Of a stretch of DNA of 64,000 bases, positions 19,561 to 29,674 are shown piece by piece. Position numbers and translations under genes: made by a program. This DNA is from Oceanispirochaeta sp. (GTDB lineage: Bacteria > Spirochaetota > Spirochaetia > DSM-2461), in the NCBI GenBank assembly GCA_963666275.2, contig CAXXOA010000002.1:2144001-2208000 (forward strand). Direction: 5' to 3'. Within the stretch, counting starts at the first letter, position 1; each line of letters begins with the position of its first letter. Under the pieces are notes generated by a model. The model ran no database searches. It saw nothing but the letters and a program-made list of their open reading frames with translations, and had not been told where the DNA came from.

Positions 19561-20361
19561 TTACTCTTTAGCCATATACCTGTTCTTGAAAGTCATCGGG
19601 GTCACTCCCATCTTTTTCTTGAACAGGATTCCGAAATATTTGGGATCTTTATACCCGACCTGTTCGGATACTTCATAGATTTTGATATGATGGTCCTTCA
19701 GAAGCTGAACCGCCATTTTGATCCGGTAGTCGGTGAGGTATTCCACAAAGGTATAGCCCATATAGTTTTTGAAGAGCCGGCTCAGATAGCTTTCGCTGAT
19801 CTCCAGAGAGGAGGCCGCATCGCTTATACCTATGTTCCGGCTGTAATGGTCCTCGATCCACTTGACCGCACTCATTACATACTTCTGCCTGCTGTCGTGT
19901 CCGGATTCGAAGCCGTCTACTCTGGCCAGGCTCACTTTGCCTTCCAGAAGCAGCCTGTTCTGTTCATGCTCTCTCAGGAGAGTCCGCTTTTCTTCTATCT
20001 GTCTGATAACCTTTCCGATGGTGCTGTGGAAGTCATCATCATCCAGGGGTTTGAGAAGATAGTCCCGGACTCCCAGTTTGATAGCCTGCCGGGCATAGTC
20101 GAAGTCGTTATAGCCCGAAATAATGATGTATTCCGTATCGATCTCACCGTCCAGTTTCCGGAGCATCTCAATCCCGTCGAGCACAGGCATATCCACATCG
20201 GTAATGACAATATCCGGTTTCAGGCGCCTGATAAGATCGTAGCCCTCCCTGCCGTCACCGGCTTCGCCAACCACGCGGCATCCCAGGGACTCCCAGGGAG
20301 TTGTGACAACCATACCTCTGCGGATATAGGTTTCGTCTTCTACAATAACCACGTCTATCAT
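19561..20361 (-). CDS. Two-component response regulator, YesN type (REC + AraC HTH)
   Basis: IVEDE, ITDVDMP and YLLKP receiver motifs; C-terminal AraC HTH (SESYLSRLFK, VGYKDPKYF). Confidence 0.93.
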   Translation of the reverse strand: MIDVVIVEDETYIRRGMVVTTPWESLGCRVVGEAGDGREGYDLIRRLKPDIVITDVDMPVLDGIEMLRKLDGEIDTEYIIISGYNDFDYARQAIKLGVRDYLLKPLDDDDFHSTIGKVIRQIEEKRTLLREHEQNRLLLEGKVSLARVDGFESGHDSRQKYVMSAVKWIEDHYSRNIGISDAASSLEISESYLSRLFKNYMGYTFVEYLTDYRIKMAVQLLKDHHIKIYEVSEQVGYKDPKYFGILFKKKMGVTPMTFKNRYMAKE

Positions 20362-22109
20362 AGGGGCGCCCCGTCTCTGGAACTGGGCATGGTGATCACA
20401 ACTTCAGTGCCCGGGCTCCTGCTGCTGATCCTCACGCCGTAATCCTCCCCGAAATACATTTTGATGCGCTTGTCCACATTGTAGATCCCGAGATGGTTTT
20501 CAGGGCGCTCCTTTGTGAGCTCCAGAATCTCCTGTTCGGTCATACCAATGCCGTTATCAGAGATTCTGAACTCAATGATCCTGCTATCATTCAGATCTCC
20601 TTCCGGACAGTCCCGGCAGAATCTACCGGAGATTCTGATGATCCCGTCGGTTCTGTTTGTTTTCCCGAAACCGTGGATAATCGAGTTCTCAATGAAAGGC
20701 TGCAGGATGAGCCGGGGAATTCTATAATCCATCAGGGAGTCCTCGATGTGGGTAATGACTTCGAAACTGTTGTTGTATTTGATCCTCTGTATGGCCAGAT
20801 AGCTGTTGATGAAGTCAATGTTATTCCGGATCGTCAGAAACTCCTCAACACTGTCTATGGAGAACCGGAGCAGCCTTGCCAGATTGGTGACAACGCTTAT
20901 AGTCTCTTCATGATGCCCCAGTTTGACGCTCCATTTGATCACATCCAGGGTATTGTAAATAAAATGGGGCTTCATCTGGGCCTGAAGCATTTTGATCTCT
21001 GTTGTCCGGAGCTGCTTCTGTTTTTCAATCACCTTTTCCATATATTTATTCAGCCGGTTCAGCATCTGGTTGAAATACTTCCCCAGATCGCCGATCTCAT
21101 CGCGGCTGCCCAGATCGGCTCTGATATCCAGTGCCCCCTTTTCCACGTCTCCCATTATTTTTATAAGTTCCCGGATGGGCCGTGAGATCGCTCCGGCCTG
21201 AACCACTGCAAGGGCTATGGATAAAACCAGACTGACAAGGCTTCCTATAATCATGATAAGGGTCAGAATACGGTTGAACTCCCTGAAAACACCGGAAGAA
21301 ACGCTCACCCTGGTGATGGTATTCAGCTTTTCGTCCGAATAATCGAGAAAAAGAAATGTATCATTGCCGATGAGACTGGCTATGGGCTTGTGTTTTTCAA
21401 TCTTTTCCCTGTCCATATAGGAAGCCTGCTGGAACTTCCCCTCCATATAGCTGTTTATGGAGTCGAAGAGGGTATAGCCCTGATCGTCAGTAATGATCAT
21501 ATGGCTGGACAGCCCCCAGTTGAACACTCTGGCTTCTTCGGCAACCACAAGCCGGGGCATCTCTACAAGGACATAGCCCTCATGCCGGCCCTCCCTGTCA
21601 TAGAGTTTACTTCCCACTGTAAAAAGGGTTTTTCCCTCGGGTAGGTAATCCATCTGCTGGGCATAGGTCACGACCCTGCCGGGAGAATTGTCCAGTTTCC
21701 GGAATATACCCCAGCTGTTGTTCAGCCCCGCCCGGTAATCTTCGGGGAACCGGGACGTTGAATAGACGATGCTCCCATCCAGGCCGATCAGATGAACTAC
21801 CGGTTTCACAGATTCGCCGATCAGGGCCTCATACATGATTTCGTAGATCTCATTGCTTTCTCCCGGGGTGTCTTTCAGATTCAGCCCGTTCTGAATTTCA
21901 CTGATTATATTTTCATAGGTGGAAACCTTGTTATGAAGCCCCCCCTGAAAGGTCTTTATACTGTTCAGGGTCTGTTCCTTGAGGGTTTTATTCAGAAAAT
22001 TCAGGGAAAAACCGTAAATCAGCCCGCCAATGATAAAGAGGGGCAGTATACTGCAGAGAATATAGGTCAGAAAAAGCCGCTGGAAAATGGGGATCCGGAT
22101 CTGTTTCAT
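20358..22109 (-). CDS. Sensor histidine kinase, YesM type
   Basis: Two TM helices, HAMP (DEIGDL), LQAQMKPHFIYNTL, LQPFIENSIIHG and DNGIG motifs; start set at MKQIR (22109). Confidence 0.92.
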   Translation of the reverse strand: MKQIRIPIFQRLFLTYILCSILPLFIIGGLIYGFSLNFLNKTLKEQTLNSIKTFQGGLHNKVSTYENIISEIQNGLNLKDTPGESNEIYEIMYEALIGESVKPVVHLIGLDGSIVYSTSRFPEDYRAGLNNSWGIFRKLDNSPGRVVTYAQQMDYLPEGKTLFTVGSKLYDREGRHEGYVLVEMPRLVVAEEARVFNWGLSSHMIITDDQGYTLFDSINSYMEGKFQQASYMDREKIEKHKPIASLIGNDTFLFLDYSDEKLNTITRVSVSSGVFREFNRILTLIMIIGSLVSLVLSIALAVVQAGAISRPIRELIKIMGDVEKGALDIRADLGSRDEIGDLGKYFNQMLNRLNKYMEKVIEKQKQLRTTEIKMLQAQMKPHFIYNTLDVIKWSVKLGHHEETISVVTNLARLLRFSIDSVEEFLTIRNNIDFINSYLAIQRIKYNNSFEVITHIEDSLMDYRIPRLILQPFIENSIIHGFGKTNRTDGIIRISGRFCRDCPEGDLNDSRIIEFRISDNGIGMTEQEILELTKERPENHLGIYNVDKRIKMYFGEDYGVRISSRSPGTEVVITMPSSRDGAPL

Positions 22110-22113
22110 AGTT

Positions 22114-23139
22114 CTATTCGCTTCCCTGTCTTTCCAGAGGGAGCTGGCGCCACTTCTCCAGAATCCTGTCTTTATTCTGATAGGTGGAGAGCCTGCCCGC
22201 ATCGTAGCTGTTCAGCTCGTTCATGGGAGAGAGGCCTTCGGGGACTCTCACATCATTTCTGACGGATCTGAGATAGAATCGGTCCACCATAAAGGTTTGA
22301 ACCTTTCTGCTCAGAACAAAATCAATGAAGGCCCTGGCTTCCTCTTTATGAACAGCATCTTTCATCAGGGCGATAGAATCATTGATCACAGGAGTTCCCT
22401 CCTCCAGATAGACGATTCCGATGTCCTCCCCCAGGTGTATCAGGTTCACTGCCGCCTCTTCCATGGTGATGCCGATGGCAAAGTCGCCCGCTGCAACGCC
22501 TTCGTACACCTCGGAAGATTTGGCAAGCATCTTGCCTTCCACATTCCGGTAGAGTTTTCCGGCGTTTTCCCAGTTGTAGTCTGCGTCCGCATCCAGTTCC
22601 AGAAGAAAGGAGAGGGCTATATAGGCGGAACCGGAACCCTCGGGATCGGCCAGGGCCAGCCGACCCTTCCATCTGGGGTCGAGCACCTCTTTCCAGCTGC
22701 GGCTGACCTCCTCCCGGGAGACAAGCTTTTTGTTGTAGATCAGAACAATGGGAAGCTGATTGAATCCGAGGATGTACTCCTCGTCCCTGCCGGGATGGAT
22801 AGGGTCAAAGAGATCTTTGTAGATGTTCAGATACTCCTTGCTCCCGCCCCACATAAGATCCATAAGATAGCGGTCATCCTTGTTTTCCAGAGAATTCAGA
22901 AGATCCAGGGTCCCTGCGGAGGTGTACTCCACAGGAATTCCCGTGGTCTCCTGGAATTCCTTGACAATGGGAATGATAATCCTCTCGTTCAGGGGACTGT
23001 ATATTTTCAGGGCGCTCTGTTCCGACTCCTTCGGATTCAGAAATCCCCATCGGGGGATATTCAGGAGCAGGGCGGCCGCCGCTGCCAGCAGAAGCAGTAT
23101 CAGAACCGCAGGCAGCCCTTTTAGTATCATTCCTTTCAT
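22114..23139 (-). CDS. Extracellular solute-binding protein (AfuA/PgtC/HptA-like)
   Basis: LKIYSP, DLMWGG, LADPEGSGSAY, EGTPV..D.IAL and ARAFIDFVLS motifs; N-terminal anchor; no cognate ABC permease nearby. Confidence 0.82.
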   Translation of the reverse strand: MKGMILKGLPAVLILLLLAAAAALLLNIPRWGFLNPKESEQSALKIYSPLNERIIIPIVKEFQETTGIPVEYTSAGTLDLLNSLENKDDRYLMDLMWGGSKEYLNIYKDLFDPIHPGRDEEYILGFNQLPIVLIYNKKLVSREEVSRSWKEVLDPRWKGRLALADPEGSGSAYIALSFLLELDADADYNWENAGKLYRNVEGKMLAKSSEVYEGVAAGDFAIGITMEEAAVNLIHLGEDIGIVYLEEGTPVINDSIALMKDAVHKEEARAFIDFVLSRKVQTFMVDRFYLRSVRNDVRVPEGLSPMNELNSYDAGRLSTYQNKDRILEKWRQLPLERQGSE

Positions 23140-23202
23140 GGACAGGGGATTCTCCTCTTTTCAATGGACACATCAGTGCAATGGATCATATTACAGGATA
23201 AA

Positions 23203-24495
23203 TCAGCCCCCGAACAACCTTAATGTGAACAGAGCTACTGTTTCGGAATAGGTGACAAGAAGCAGCACCAGGAGAAGGGCAACTATGAATGGCCAGACTT
23301 CCCTGACGAACTTCTCCAGCTTTATGTCCACTATGGAGCAGACAGTGAACATCATCGAACCGAAAGGAGGAGTCAGACCGCCGATCATGATATTGACAAT
23401 AAAGATGATTCCGAAATGCAGCGGATCAATTCCGAACATTTTAACAGCGGGAACCAGCAGCGGGGCCAGGATCACAAGGGCCGCTCCGCCTTCAATAAAC
23501 ATACCGATGAAAAGCAGCATAATATTGATCACGATCAGCAGTATGAAGGGGCTTCCTGTCATGTTGACCAGGAACTCGGTAATCATCTGGGGGATCCGTT
23601 CCAGAGTCAGGTAGTACCCGAATACTTTCGCGCTGGCAATAATTGCCATAACCGCTCCTGTCCCTTTGACTGTGTCCATAAGAATCAGGGGTATATGGGA
23701 GGGTTTCAGTTCCTTGTAGACAAAAAAACCGACGATCGTGGCAAAGGCAACGGCAATACCTCCCGCTTCGGTGGGTGTGAAAATCCCGAAACGCATTCCC
23801 ATGATGATGGCAAAGGGAATGAACAGAGCCCAGATGGATTTTCCCAGCTGTTTCATTATAACTCCGGGAGAAGCCATTCCTTTTCTGCTGGGCTGGTATT
23901 TTCTTTTCAGAGAGATGATATGAACCGTAATCATCAGGGCTACTGCCATCAGTATACCGGGCATGTAGGCCGCAAGAAACATGCTTCCCACAGACACATT
24001 GGCTATGAGAGCGTACAGGATCAGATTGGTTCCGGGAGGTATTACCGGGCTTATGGCCGATGAGGCTGCTGTAATGGCGCCGGAAAACTCTTTTGAAAAT
24101 CCCTTTCTCTGCATTTCGGGGACGAGTATTTTCGACTGCATGGCCGCATCTGCGTTGGCCGAGCCTGAAATTCCCCCCATAAGGGCGCTGAGAAGTACGT
24201 TGACCTGTGCCAGACCGCCTCTGGTATGGCCCACCAGGACATCGGAAAAGTCCATGAGGGCTTTGCTTATGCCCGAATGATTCATGACCGAACCGACCAT
24301 GATAAAGAAGGGAACAGCCAGGTAGGGGAAGGATTCCACTGCCGTAACAAACTGCTGGATGATCATCTCCATGGGCATGGTCGTATTGATAAAGATAAAA
24401 TAGGTGAGCGAGGCTCCCATCAGTGAGAAAGCGATGGGGATATTCAGAAAAAACAGTATAAAAAGAACAACAATGGGAAATAGTACTTCCATCAC
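23203..24495 (-). CDS. dctM: TRAP transporter large permease
   Basis: LAVPFFI, GGISGSANADAA, IPPGT, FTPTEAG and LTPPFG motifs. Confidence 0.93.
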   Translation of the reverse strand: MMEVLFPIVVLFILFFLNIPIAFSLMGASLTYFIFINTTMPMEMIIQQFVTAVESFPYLAVPFFIMVGSVMNHSGISKALMDFSDVLVGHTRGGLAQVNVLLSALMGGISGSANADAAMQSKILVPEMQRKGFSKEFSGAITAASSAISPVIPPGTNLILYALIANVSVGSMFLAAYMPGILMAVALMITVHIISLKRKYQPSRKGMASPGVIMKQLGKSIWALFIPFAIIMGMRFGIFTPTEAGGIAVAFATIVGFFVYKELKPSHIPLILMDTVKGTGAVMAIIASAKVFGYYLTLERIPQMITEFLVNMTGSPFILLIVINIMLLFIGMFIEGGAALVILAPLLVPAVKMFGIDPLHFGIIFIVNIMIGGLTPPFGSMMFTVCSIVDIKLEKFVREVWPFIVALLLVLLLVTYSETVALFTLRLFGG

Positions 24496-25055
24496 TCAGT
24501 CTCCTTCTGGAGTTTCATATTTTTCATCTCTGTTTCGAGTAGTTCTTCCTCCAGATCGTCTTTCACTTCCAGGGACACATCTCCTCCCGTTACCATTTTT
24601 CTGAAGCTCTGTTCCAGAAAATAGAGGGAGTACAGAGTCATAAGGGCAAAAGAAAATACGATAGAGCTGTAAATGTACTTGTAGGATACTTCCAGGGCCG
24701 CTGTTATTTTTGTGGAATTCATAACGTATTTGAAACTGAAAACAAACATGGTACCAGCCAGGACAGAGACGACGGCGGAGGTGATAAAAACAATCACAGG
24801 CCGGCCCTTCTCCGGGACCAGGTTGGTCAGAAGTTCCACTCCGATCAGGCCCCTTGTTTTATACGCATTGGCCAGACCCAGAAAAATGGTCCAGACGAAG
24901 CAGCCGACAGCAATTTCTTCGGCCCAGGTAAAGGTAAAGTTCAGAAAATACCTTGTGATGACATTCATGATGACTATGACAGTCGTGACGGAAAGAAATA
25001 CGGCGCCTATGTACAGTTCAAAATGAACGCCTAAATTTCTGATTTTTTTTTTCAT
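24492..25055 (-). CDS. dctQ: TRAP transporter small permease
   Basis: NVITRY..WAEE motif; four TM helices. Confidence 0.9.
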   Translation of the reverse strand: MKKKIRNLGVHFELYIGAVFLSVTTVIVIMNVITRYFLNFTFTWAEEIAVGCFVWTIFLGLANAYKTRGLIGVELLTNLVPEKGRPVIVFITSAVVSVLAGTMFVFSFKYVMNSTKITAALEVSYKYIYSSIVFSFALMTLYSLYFLEQSFRKMVTGGDVSLEVKDDLEEELLETEMKNMKLQKETE

Positions 25056-25137
25056 AATTTCCTTTTACCGATCTACCGGGACAGCGCCTCCCCCTTTTTT
25101 GATACGAAGACGCTGTCCGGAAGCTATTTGTCTTGAA

Positions 25138-26163
25138 TTAAAGAGCCGACTTAATGGTATTCAGCTCAGCCAGAATCCTGTCGTAAATACCGGGTGTCCA
25201 CTGGGGAAACCTGGTATAGACGGGAGCGGCTGCTTTGAGGAAAGCATCACTGTCTACAGTATTGAAGTTCACTCCTTCAGCTTTCAGGAGATCAACGAAC
25301 TCTTCTTCCGCCTCGAGGGTGGCGCTCAGATTGTCTTCCCGGCCCATGTCAAAGGCTTCTGCCAGGATCGTTCTTTCTTCTTCTGTCAGCTTATCCCACA
25401 GTTTTGTGGAGAGTGTTACCGCAGAAACACCGAGCAGATGGTTTGTCAGAGAGTACTCTTTCACATTTTCATACTGCTGTGTACCGTAATAGGTCATGAT
25501 AGAGCCTTCCACTCCGTCGATAACACCCTGCTGAAGTGCCGCATAGGTATCGGGGTAGGGCATGGCAACGGGATTGCCGCCCATGGCTTCGATGGTGTAG
25601 GTATACAGCTGGCTGGTGGGAACCCGGATGTTCAGGCCTTCCATATCGGCGGGAGCCAGAATCGGTTTGTTTGTCATCATGCTCCGGAATCCGAAAACCC
25701 AGTCCAGAGACAGAACTTTGATTCCATACTCATCTTCCACTTTCTGATTCAGTTCCTTGACAAGATCCGTTTTGGTCATGGCAAAGTATTCATCAAATGA
25801 ACTGTACAGGAAAGGTCCTGTAATGGCATTGTAATCGGGAACATAGTCTCCCAGGAAGTTGACACCGTCTACGAGAATCCAGTCTGAACCGGCGACAACC
25901 TGTTCCATTCCGTCTTTCCCGATGGGGAGGACACCGCTGGAGAAAAGCTGAAGCTCCAGAGATCCCCCGCTTCGCTCATTCACCTGTTCCACAACCTTTT
26001 TCAGTGAAATTGCCGTCTGTTCATCATCAACGAACTTTGTACTGATCTTGATGACTTTCGGTTCAACCTCAGCCTTTCCGGAGGCTTTTGATTCCTCTTT
26101 TGCACATGACGCCAGAGTGATCACCATAGCGGCAGCCAGCAAGGGCAATAAAAATTTTCTCAT
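25138..26163 (-). CDS. dctP: TRAP transporter substrate-binding lipoprotein
   Basis: Lipobox LASC; GFRSM, GLNIRVP (conserved Arg) and YAALQQGVIDG motifs; start set at MRKFL (26163). Confidence 0.92.
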   Translation of the reverse strand: MRKFLLPLLAAAMVITLASCAKEESKASGKAEVEPKVIKISTKFVDDEQTAISLKKVVEQVNERSGGSLELQLFSSGVLPIGKDGMEQVVAGSDWILVDGVNFLGDYVPDYNAITGPFLYSSFDEYFAMTKTDLVKELNQKVEDEYGIKVLSLDWVFGFRSMMTNKPILAPADMEGLNIRVPTSQLYTYTIEAMGGNPVAMPYPDTYAALQQGVIDGVEGSIMTYYGTQQYENVKEYSLTNHLLGVSAVTLSTKLWDKLTEEERTILAEAFDMGREDNLSATLEAEEEFVDLLKAEGVNFNTVDSDAFLKAAAPVYTRFPQWTPGIYDRILAELNTIKSAL

Positions 26164-26450
26164 CCTTTTTTTCTCCTGGAAAATGATTTCAGTCTTTTTC
26201 ATCTGCTGAAAGTACATTGAAAAAGATCTTGAAAAACTATAAACCCCGCTGAATGAGAAGCAAACTGAATATACTGTTATTTAGTTTAAAATAATGAACT
26301 CCCGGTGAATCTAAAACAGTATTCTGCTATGATTCTCCCGTTTTCCGGTTCAGAATATTGGATCGTCCGGTACGGATTATGAGGGAAAAGAATATAGAAT
26401 CGAGATTATATTGAATGAGCCGCTTATTCGATTGCGACTCCGGTTCTGCT

Positions 26451-27380
26451 TTAATCGTCTTCATTCCATAAATACAGATCATTTTGGATCTGAGCTCCGT
26501 GCCATTTGGATGGAGATACTCCTGTTTTCTTTTTGAAGAGTCTGGAAAAATAATAGGGGTTGTCAAAGGCCAGTTTGAAGGAAATCTCTTTGACAGACTG
26601 CTCTCCTGATATTAGTAATTCCTTTGCTTTATTTATCTTCATATGCAGGAAGTACTGGTAGGGAGACAGACCGGTGTGTTCATTGAAATATTCCCTCAGG
26701 GTGTGATAGTTGACTCTCAACGCAGATGTGATGGCTTCCACGTCAAACTTGACAAAAAGGTTTTCCTCCATAAGTTCACGGGTCTGCTCAAGCAGACTTG
26801 TTCTATCACTTTTCAGAGCAAAGTTCTTACGACTGACCTGCAGATGGGCAAATATCTGGGGAATGAGAGAAGAAATCAACTGCTGCATGCAGGGAGGCTC
26901 CTCCCTGGCATACTCAATCGCTTTTTCAAAAAGAGACTTCATCGTACTGTTAACCCCGGGATGATAAATAGGTTCATTTCTCTCAATATAGTTGCGGTTA
27001 AGCCAGTTCTGGGCACACTCTCCATTAAATCCGAACCAGTACTCGGTCCATCCTGTATCGGGGTCAGGACTGTAAAAATGGCGCTCCCCCGGTATTAATA
27101 AGATAACACTTCCAGGCAGCAGGGAGTATTCGCCCTGATAGGAACGGAATCTGCCTGATCCTTCAGTTATATAGACGAGCTGAAATTCATTGAGAACACG
27201 GCCTCTGAACCAGTCGGCTATGTACTGATTGGGATGCTCATCCTTTTTGTAGGGATAATCATCTCCCGGATGAATTTCCACTCTCCCGACAGTTGTTGTA
27301 TAGAGCTGCCAGAAAATATCCTCCTCACTGTAGGTAAGATATCTGAAGATATTGAAATTGGGATCTGAAGTGTAATTCAT
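26451..27380 (-). CDS. AraC family transcriptional regulator
   Basis: Cupin N-domain (GRVLNEFQLVYITEGSG) and C-terminal HTH (FDNPYYFSRLFKKKTG). Confidence 0.92.
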   Translation of the reverse strand: MNYTSDPNFNIFRYLTYSEEDIFWQLYTTTVGRVEIHPGDDYPYKKDEHPNQYIADWFRGRVLNEFQLVYITEGSGRFRSYQGEYSLLPGSVILLIPGERHFYSPDPDTGWTEYWFGFNGECAQNWLNRNYIERNEPIYHPGVNSTMKSLFEKAIEYAREEPPCMQQLISSLIPQIFAHLQVSRKNFALKSDRTSLLEQTRELMEENLFVKFDVEAITSALRVNYHTLREYFNEHTGLSPYQYFLHMKINKAKELLISGEQSVKEISFKLAFDNPYYFSRLFKKKTGVSPSKWHGAQIQNDLYLWNEDD

Positions 27381-27632
27381 TGTTTTCAGTTCTCTATCTT
27401 ATCCAGGTCCTTCACTCCATCCCCGGACATGTTCTTCACCTGATATTGCAAAAATCAAAGGTTTACGCTTCCGGGGGGATGATACTTCTCGGGACTTTAA
27501 TCCTAACATGACCTGGAAAGATCGGTTAAGCTTTTTTATATATTATCGAGTCGTTATAAATAATGGCTTTTCTGAGACAGTCATACAGAGCCGAAAAACA
27601 TATATTCCGTCTCTGTATGCTGAATTTATGCT

Positions 27633-28634
27633 TTAGAAACTATAGGAAGCGTGATTTTCTTTAGTAAAGTCAGCTGGCGGACCCATTATGACAGTTCTTC
27701 CGTCTTCCCATACAGTAATTTTTCCTACATTGGCAATTTCCTGTCCATCAACCGGTTTTTCACCGTTCAGAAAGTTGTAGGCAAGAACCACTGTCAAATA
27801 TCCGAGTTTTGAGGGATCCCAGAGTGTTCCGACACGTAGGGAACCATCATCAAGATAGGGGCCGGAATCTGTAGGGAGCGATGTGCCCACTACGGCGATG
27901 CTATCTTTCAGACCTTTCTCCTGAACTGCCTGAGCAGCACCGAGAGGAGCAGGAGTACTGACTCCGATCACACCTTTCAGATTGGGGTAGGCTTTTATAA
28001 GGTCCAGAGTTTTCTGATAGGCCATCTGCTGTTTTTCGTCAGAAGGGACTTTATCAGTTACAAGGTTCATATCGGGATATGTTTTCTCAGCATAGGAAAG
28101 ACCCGCATCAATCCATGTGTTCAGATTCGCTGCAGAGAGTCCTCCAGTTATGATGGCATAATCTCCTGAGTCGCCCATCTCCTGAGCCAGAAGGTCCCAG
28201 ATATGCTGACCATATTCTTTATCGTCAATCTGATGAACTGATAAATCTACAACCGATGCATCTGCCGGTGTATCCCAGTCAAGTACTGCTATTCCCGCCC
28301 TTTTTGCTTTCATAAGAACAGGAGTCAATGCTGCGGCATCATTAGGGGCTACACAGATAGCATCTACACCTTTGCTTATCAGATCTTCAAGCATACGTAC
28401 CTGTTCAGCGGCATCGGGAGTTGTAGGTCCTGTATAAATCACATTGATGCCCAGGTCTTTACCTGCCTGGATGGCCCCTGTTTCCGAGGCATTGAAATAG
28501 GGGATTCCAACCAGCTTGGGCATAACAACAATGGTTACTTCATCACTGCCTTTGGCATCCTTGGATCCGTTTGCCCAGACTCCAGTCAGGCAAAACACTG
28601 TAAGAATCAGTACCGCAAGAACTCTTTTTTTCAT
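27633..28634 (-). CDS. Sugar ABC transporter substrate-binding protein (LsrB/RhaS-like)
   Basis: MPKLVGIPYFN, APND, LDWD and LWDP motifs; signal peptide. Confidence 0.88.
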   Translation of the reverse strand: MKKRVLAVLILTVFCLTGVWANGSKDAKGSDEVTIVVMPKLVGIPYFNASETGAIQAGKDLGINVIYTGPTTPDAAEQVRMLEDLISKGVDAICVAPNDAAALTPVLMKAKRAGIAVLDWDTPADASVVDLSVHQIDDKEYGQHIWDLLAQEMGDSGDYAIITGGLSAANLNTWIDAGLSYAEKTYPDMNLVTDKVPSDEKQQMAYQKTLDLIKAYPNLKGVIGVSTPAPLGAAQAVQEKGLKDSIAVVGTSLPTDSGPYLDDGSLRVGTLWDPSKLGYLTVVLAYNFLNGEKPVDGQEIANVGKITVWEDGRTVIMGPPADFTKENHASYSF

Positions 28635-28687
28635 AAGGTTCTCCTCCTTTTGATATTTAATCCGGATTAATCCGGATATTCCCGGTT

Positions 28688-29668
28688 TTACGCAGTCTGT
28701 TTCCGACGGTCCGTCAGAAAGTTTATCGTCAGAACAATAATCAGAATGGCACCCATCACCACATTTGTGAGGTACCTGTTGAATCCGAAAATATTCAGAC
28801 CGCTTGAGATCACCTGAAGTATCATCACTGCAATGACTGTTCCTATGACCTTGCCTTCTCCGCCGTTAATACTGGTTCCTCCCAGAACAGAGGCCGCAAC
28901 AGCTTGAAGAAGATAGGATGATCCATAGGATTCTTTGGCTGAATTGTATCTGGATGCCATTAGAATCCCCGCGACAGCCGCCAGGAGGCTCGCAATCAGA
29001 TAGGTCTGAAACAGGATTCTGCGTACTTTTATTCCCGAATATCTGGCGACTTTGGGATTACAGCCTATCATGTAGATTGTTAAGCCCATCCGGCTCCTTT
29101 CAAGAAGCAGCCAGGTTCCGGCGATAACCAGAATGAATATGATCATAGGGATAGGAATGCCCAGGACAGATGAATTCCCTATGATAAGGAATTCAAATGG
29201 AAAGCCTGAAATGGCTCCGCCTTTTGTGATATTAAGGCTGAGTCCTTCAAAAAGCGTCATTGCACCCAGAGTGGCAAGCATCGGGGTAACTCCAATGTAG
29301 GAGACGACAAACCCGTTGAATATGCCGCAAAGCGCCGCAACTCCCAACATCACAAGGATCCCGGAGATGACTGCCAGTGTTCCGTTTACCCCTGACGCAT
29401 ACTGATTGGCCATGACGAGGCCTCCGACAATCATGGAAAGAGTTGCCGTATAAGTCAATGAAAGATTAATTCCTCCGGTAACAACCACAAGCATCATGGA
29501 TAAAGCCAGAATACCGAATTCCGGTAGCTGATAGGCCATGGACTGCAGATTGTACAATCTCAGGAACTGACCTGGAGACAGAAGACTCATCAGGATAAAT
29601 ATGATGAGGAAAATGCCAAAAAGTATCCCTTCTTTACTTGCTGCTGCTGACTTGATTTTTGATTTCAT
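28688..29668 (-). CDS. Sugar ABC transporter permease (RbsC-like)
   Basis: TGGINLS, MLATLG, IGCNP..ARYSGI and VLGGTSINGG motifs. Confidence 0.92.
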   Translation of the reverse strand: MKSKIKSAAASKEGILFGIFLIIFILMSLLSPGQFLRLYNLQSMAYQLPEFGILALSMMLVVVTGGINLSLTYTATLSMIVGGLVMANQYASGVNGTLAVISGILVMLGVAALCGIFNGFVVSYIGVTPMLATLGAMTLFEGLSLNITKGGAISGFPFEFLIIGNSSVLGIPIPMIIFILVIAGTWLLLERSRMGLTIYMIGCNPKVARYSGIKVRRILFQTYLIASLLAAVAGILMASRYNSAKESYGSSYLLQAVAASVLGGTSINGGEGKVIGTVIAVMILQVISSGLNIFGFNRYLTNVVMGAILIIVLTINFLTDRRKQTA

Positions 29669-29674
29669 CGGTCT

